Shown: positions 60,425-64,000 of the stretch, piece by piece
Layout: the number at the start of each line of letters is the position of its first letter
How positions within the stretch are numbered: the stretch's first letter is position 1
NCBI GenBank assembly: GCA_965649825.1
Contig: OZ287695.1
Location: 2,097,288 to 2,161,287, forward strand
Direction: 5' to 3'
DNA from: Penicillus capitatus
Taxonomy: Eukaryota; Plantae; Chlorophyta
Length of the DNA: 64,000 nucleotides
Translations under genes and position numbers: made by a program
The notes under the pieces: model-generated
Databases searched by the model: none
The model's input: only the letters and a program-made list of their open reading frames with translations
Told to the model about the DNA's origin: nothing

Positions 60425-61850
60425 CTATGTACCCGACTGCAGCTCTTTGAGCTTTTCTGTGATGGCTTTATTGCGGGGCTGTTGCTGAAGAATGTTTTGC
60501 AGCTCTTGAATGGCCTCATCTTTTCTGCCGAGATGTTCCAGAGCAGCTGCCCGTCGATATCGTGCTTTGATGGAGGAGCTATCGAGCTTCAAGGCAGCTT
60601 CGGCGTCGATCAGTGCCGAAGCGAAGTCTTTGAGTTGCAAGTGTGCCATGGAACGGTTGCTGTAGGCGACGGGCGATTCTGGATCGCATTCCAGACATCT
60701 AGTATAAGCACATACCGCCTCTTTGTAATCTCCTCTCCGATAAGCTTCATTCCCTAAACCATACATGATCTGCACACGATGTTATACCGGCGGCCGTGCC
60801 AACCTCTCTGCCGTTCTTCCTCTGCAGGAGTGATTTCTACGATTTTTGGCTCGGCTTTGGGCTTGAGGCTGTGAAGCACATCTTCTGCAACAGGCTGATT
60901 CATTTTCTGTGCGTGATGACGACGGGCATCAAGCATCCAGGGAGCATGACTCGACACATCGCCCACCAGGAAGTCTTGCCGCTCAAAGATGTCATCATTT
61001 TCCCGGACTTTCCCCAAAAAGGCATCGCCTACGGCACACTGTACAGAATGGATCTGCAGGGATGTCATCGCAGAGTGTTGGTACAATAGAGAGCATGCCA
61101 CAGTTGTGAGCAATATCTGTGGCGCGTACATTGACCGGAAGCTGTTTGAAAGCACCGGAGTCGTCCACATAAAGGGTCACTCCCACAAAATCATGCTTCG
61201 CCATGCACGGCAGCAGCGCAATCGATTCCACCTGCCACATCCGCTCATGATTTTCCAGGAATCATCATCTTTACCAGTTGCATACTGGCAGCAGCTTCTA
61301 AGAATTGCTCAGAAACCTGTCCTTTGGCATTTTGTAAACCCTTCTGTCGCAGCAGCTCCTTGAAAAGGCAGTGAGAGATGCCTGAGAATGTGGTTTGTTT
61401 ACTTTTTTGTGGGCTTCGCGTTGTTCTTGAGTGGTGGCTGGATGCGCCGTGACGAAGTGCTCTTTCAGTCGATCGAGAAGACACTCCACTTCTTTTTCCT
61501 TCTCGTAGTCTAGACTCCATTGCTCCAACGGTCGATTTCTGCACAGACACCCTTCCTTCGCGTCAGACAGCGGAGGCAGTACGTGTCGACTGGAATATAA
61601 ACAAACTGAAAACGACCCATCCGACACGAAACGACCCGACACAGTACACAATGAAGGTCGTTCAATACATCGCTCCCCTCGTCTCAAAAAAGCTCCGTGA
61701 CGAGAAACCCTCAAAAGCCTCCCGAGTGCGAAAAAAAAAACATTCGCCGCCTTTAAGGCGAAAGAAGACGCGGTGGTGAGCATCTCCTGTCCTAGAGGAC
61801 TCGGGAGGCCTGCCTTGGAGAGATCGCAGTAGGGGAGGGTATCTGTTCAT
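60425..61850 (-). CDS. TPR-repeat protein with uncharacterised N-terminal domain (start uncertain)
   Basis: GNEAYRRGDYKEAVCAYTRCL...AYSNRSMAHL...KARYRRAAA three-TPR block; upstream exons LYVDDSGAFKQLPVNVRA and GDAFLGK. Confidence 0.75.
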
Positions 61851-62284
61851 GGTGTGATTGGATGGACACGGCTAGACACCAAAGATATCACTCTTCCCTC
61901 ATTTTAAACATGCGGATCACTCCTTCTGCATTCTGTTGATGTACAGCCATAGGATGGTCCCTTTGAACACACATTGTACGACATCTTCTAACAACATGGA
62001 TGTGGATGGATCGAGATAATGATATGCAACGTCTGACAGAAGTCTAGCACTGGTGCACGTCATATTCATGAACCCACGCCACAAAGCGCTCTGGAACGAC
62101 GGATTTTATACAAAAACGGGAAGTATTAAGCGTACGCCTAACGACAAGATCACTCATCGGCTATACAGTTCATTCCCGACGAATGCACAGAAGAGTAATG
62201 CGATGTGTCCGGCCATTGCTTCCTGCAAATACATCCCACGGACAGAAGCGGCATCCAAACGATGTGTTGTGCACGGCCAGAGCT

Positions 62285-64000
62285 TTATTTTTTGAAGAGG
62301 AGAGATTCTGACGTGGTCTTGTGACGGAGATCCGTCCAGATCAAGTGGCTCTCGGTATGCAGCCAGAGTAACGATGCTTTGAACTGATGGATTTGGCAAT
62401 GGACGTAGTACTTTACTGGCAGCTCTTCTCTTCTGGGTGTGCGATAGTAGAGGCCTCGTTTTAAGACGTTCACCATCCAACGGTCAAAGAACTTCCTCTG
62501 TAAGAAGTATGCATTCTTTGAAAGATACCGACGGAATAGACGTGTGAGCTTTGCCACTTTTCGCGCTTGTCTTCGCTGATACATCAATCGAAGGCTTCTG
62601 CAATTCAGGACGAGTCTGTTGCCCAGGACGGCGGCGAATGAGGAGCACTGAACACAGAGCATGCCAATTCCGATTTTGTCGCGGAAGTCTTCGTCTGAGG
62701 TTGGACCCAAAAGCAGCAGAGCGGCCAAAGCAAAGAAAGTGATATCGGAAACCTCTTCCGAAAGAGAAATGGCCATCTCCAGACGCGTGTGATAAGGACG
62801 TGCCACACGCAGTACGATCATCAACAAGAGGACGGCAAAGAGGAGGAAGATGATTTGTGCCAGACAGTCGTCGGCATTGCCAACTCCTGCCACCAGTACA
62901 GCAAAGAGCAGAATTTTCATCAGCTGCAGAAAACGGGTCAAGATCTGTAGGTGATGTCGGAAAAGAGTGAATCCAGGAATTCTGAAAGGTGTTCCTGGAA
63001 CGGTGATGCCTTTCCAGCTGAACAGTGGCCTAATGCGCAGAGGGACAGCCTTCCCCCTGTCCATCTTGCCGTTTCTGATCGCATACGTTGGCTCCCTACT
63101 CACACGATCGCCTCATAACAGACTGCAACTGTCCAATAACCTACCTGAAAAGAACAGGCAGTCCTCGGTAGTCTTCAAAGAGGTAACCATATCGCACGAT
63201 GAAGAGTGGCTGATGGCAAGGCGAAACCCTCCACTTCCCTGTTATCTGAGGACTGCCCACGACAAGCGAAAACACACCCATGTCAAAGAGATCTCTGATA
63301 ACTCTCCAGGCAGAGATGCGTGGTCTCTTCACAGCATTCGCCTTGACAAGCTCCTGATACTCAATCTCGCTACGGTCTTCGTCCGAAGACTCCGTCTCCG
63401 ACAACATCAGATAATCAAAACCCATGTCCATCAAACACTGCACGAACACACTCGTGTCTATTCTGTCAGAGATCGGACGCTAGAGGACACCCACCTCGTT
63501 GTTGATGTACTTCAGTCGAGCGGCTGTCTCGTAGAAGGGGTCTGGGATGAGGACAGAGATGCCCAGCTGATCATCGATAAATTGGTGATGTCCTGTGATC
63601 TGTGATTGGGATCTCTGAGTTCTCAACGTTCTGTGGAGTTTGGTTGCGACGATGGCCGATCTGCGAGACTTCGTTCTTTCAGTGCCATGGAGAAGGGCAG
63701 GGAGATTTGAAGAGCTCTGGTCGGACGAGTGTTCAGAAATTCTGGAAAGGCGCCGTCTCTCGTACTCGTCGATTCTGTCTCCTGTGATGTGTGCGTCGGC
63801 GACATCTCTATAGCCAAGCTTGGAGGTCTCCTTTTCGAGCCTGTCTTCTCTCCATAGCTGCGATTCCCATGCCGATTCGGGGATGGCACTGCACTCCGTG
63901 GACCACTGTGCTGTCCATTCTGGCTTCACTGGAGGCGCTAGGAGACGCTCTTCCATATGCGCTTCACTCTGCCCCGGGTTCCTCTGCCGATAAGCTTTGA
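62285..64000 (-). CDS. Partial multi-pass membrane protein, TRP-like/FLC-Pkd2 type; 5' end beyond the window
   Basis: RYGYLFEDYRG motif followed by several hydrophobic helices and VLRVARPY. Confidence 0.55.

Noticed and set aside
1-64000. Ulvophycean TAA/TAG=Gln code; tRNA or rRNA genes
   Set aside because: Conserved proteins end at TAA/TAG at the expected positions and long exons lack internal TAR codons; no cloverleaf or rRNA motifs were recognised.

Overview
Gene-dense nuclear DNA of a photosynthetic eukaryote, most likely a green alga. It has chloroplast-targeted THF1/Psb29 and 2-Cys peroxiredoxin, the standard genetic code, and mostly 40-60 nt GT-AG introns, so the ORF track breaks most genes into pieces. 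Two features stand out. (1) A minus-strand gene at 38927-47892 that I can splice in frame by hand into one protein of roughly 2,700 aa. Its order is RIG-I/MDA5-type C-terminal Zn domain (here at the N-terminus), DExD/H helicase, eukaryotic RdRP (DLDGD), a Cid1/TUTase-like domain without its catalytic aspartates, a KH-like domain, and a CYTH/triphosphate-tunnel-like domain. A ZNFX1/Hrr1-type helicase with an RZ finger lies about 20 kb away. (2) A very recent Ty3/Gypsy LTR retroelement at 1053-8024 with identical 307-bp LTRs and an ACAG target-site duplication. Its first ORF fuses a signal peptide, a LAP1/LULL1-(torsin)-like luminal domain, a glycosylated Env-like segment and a TM helix in frame to Gag and protease; pol is reached by a -1 frameshift and starts with a degenerate dUTPase-like domain. 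Also seen: two same-strand gene pairs packed like polycistrons (TAATG overlap; 9-nt spacer), an intronic hairpin plus two candidate cassette exons in a MAM33 gene, and ordinary housekeeping genes. All domain calls come from motif recognition by eye; no searches were run.
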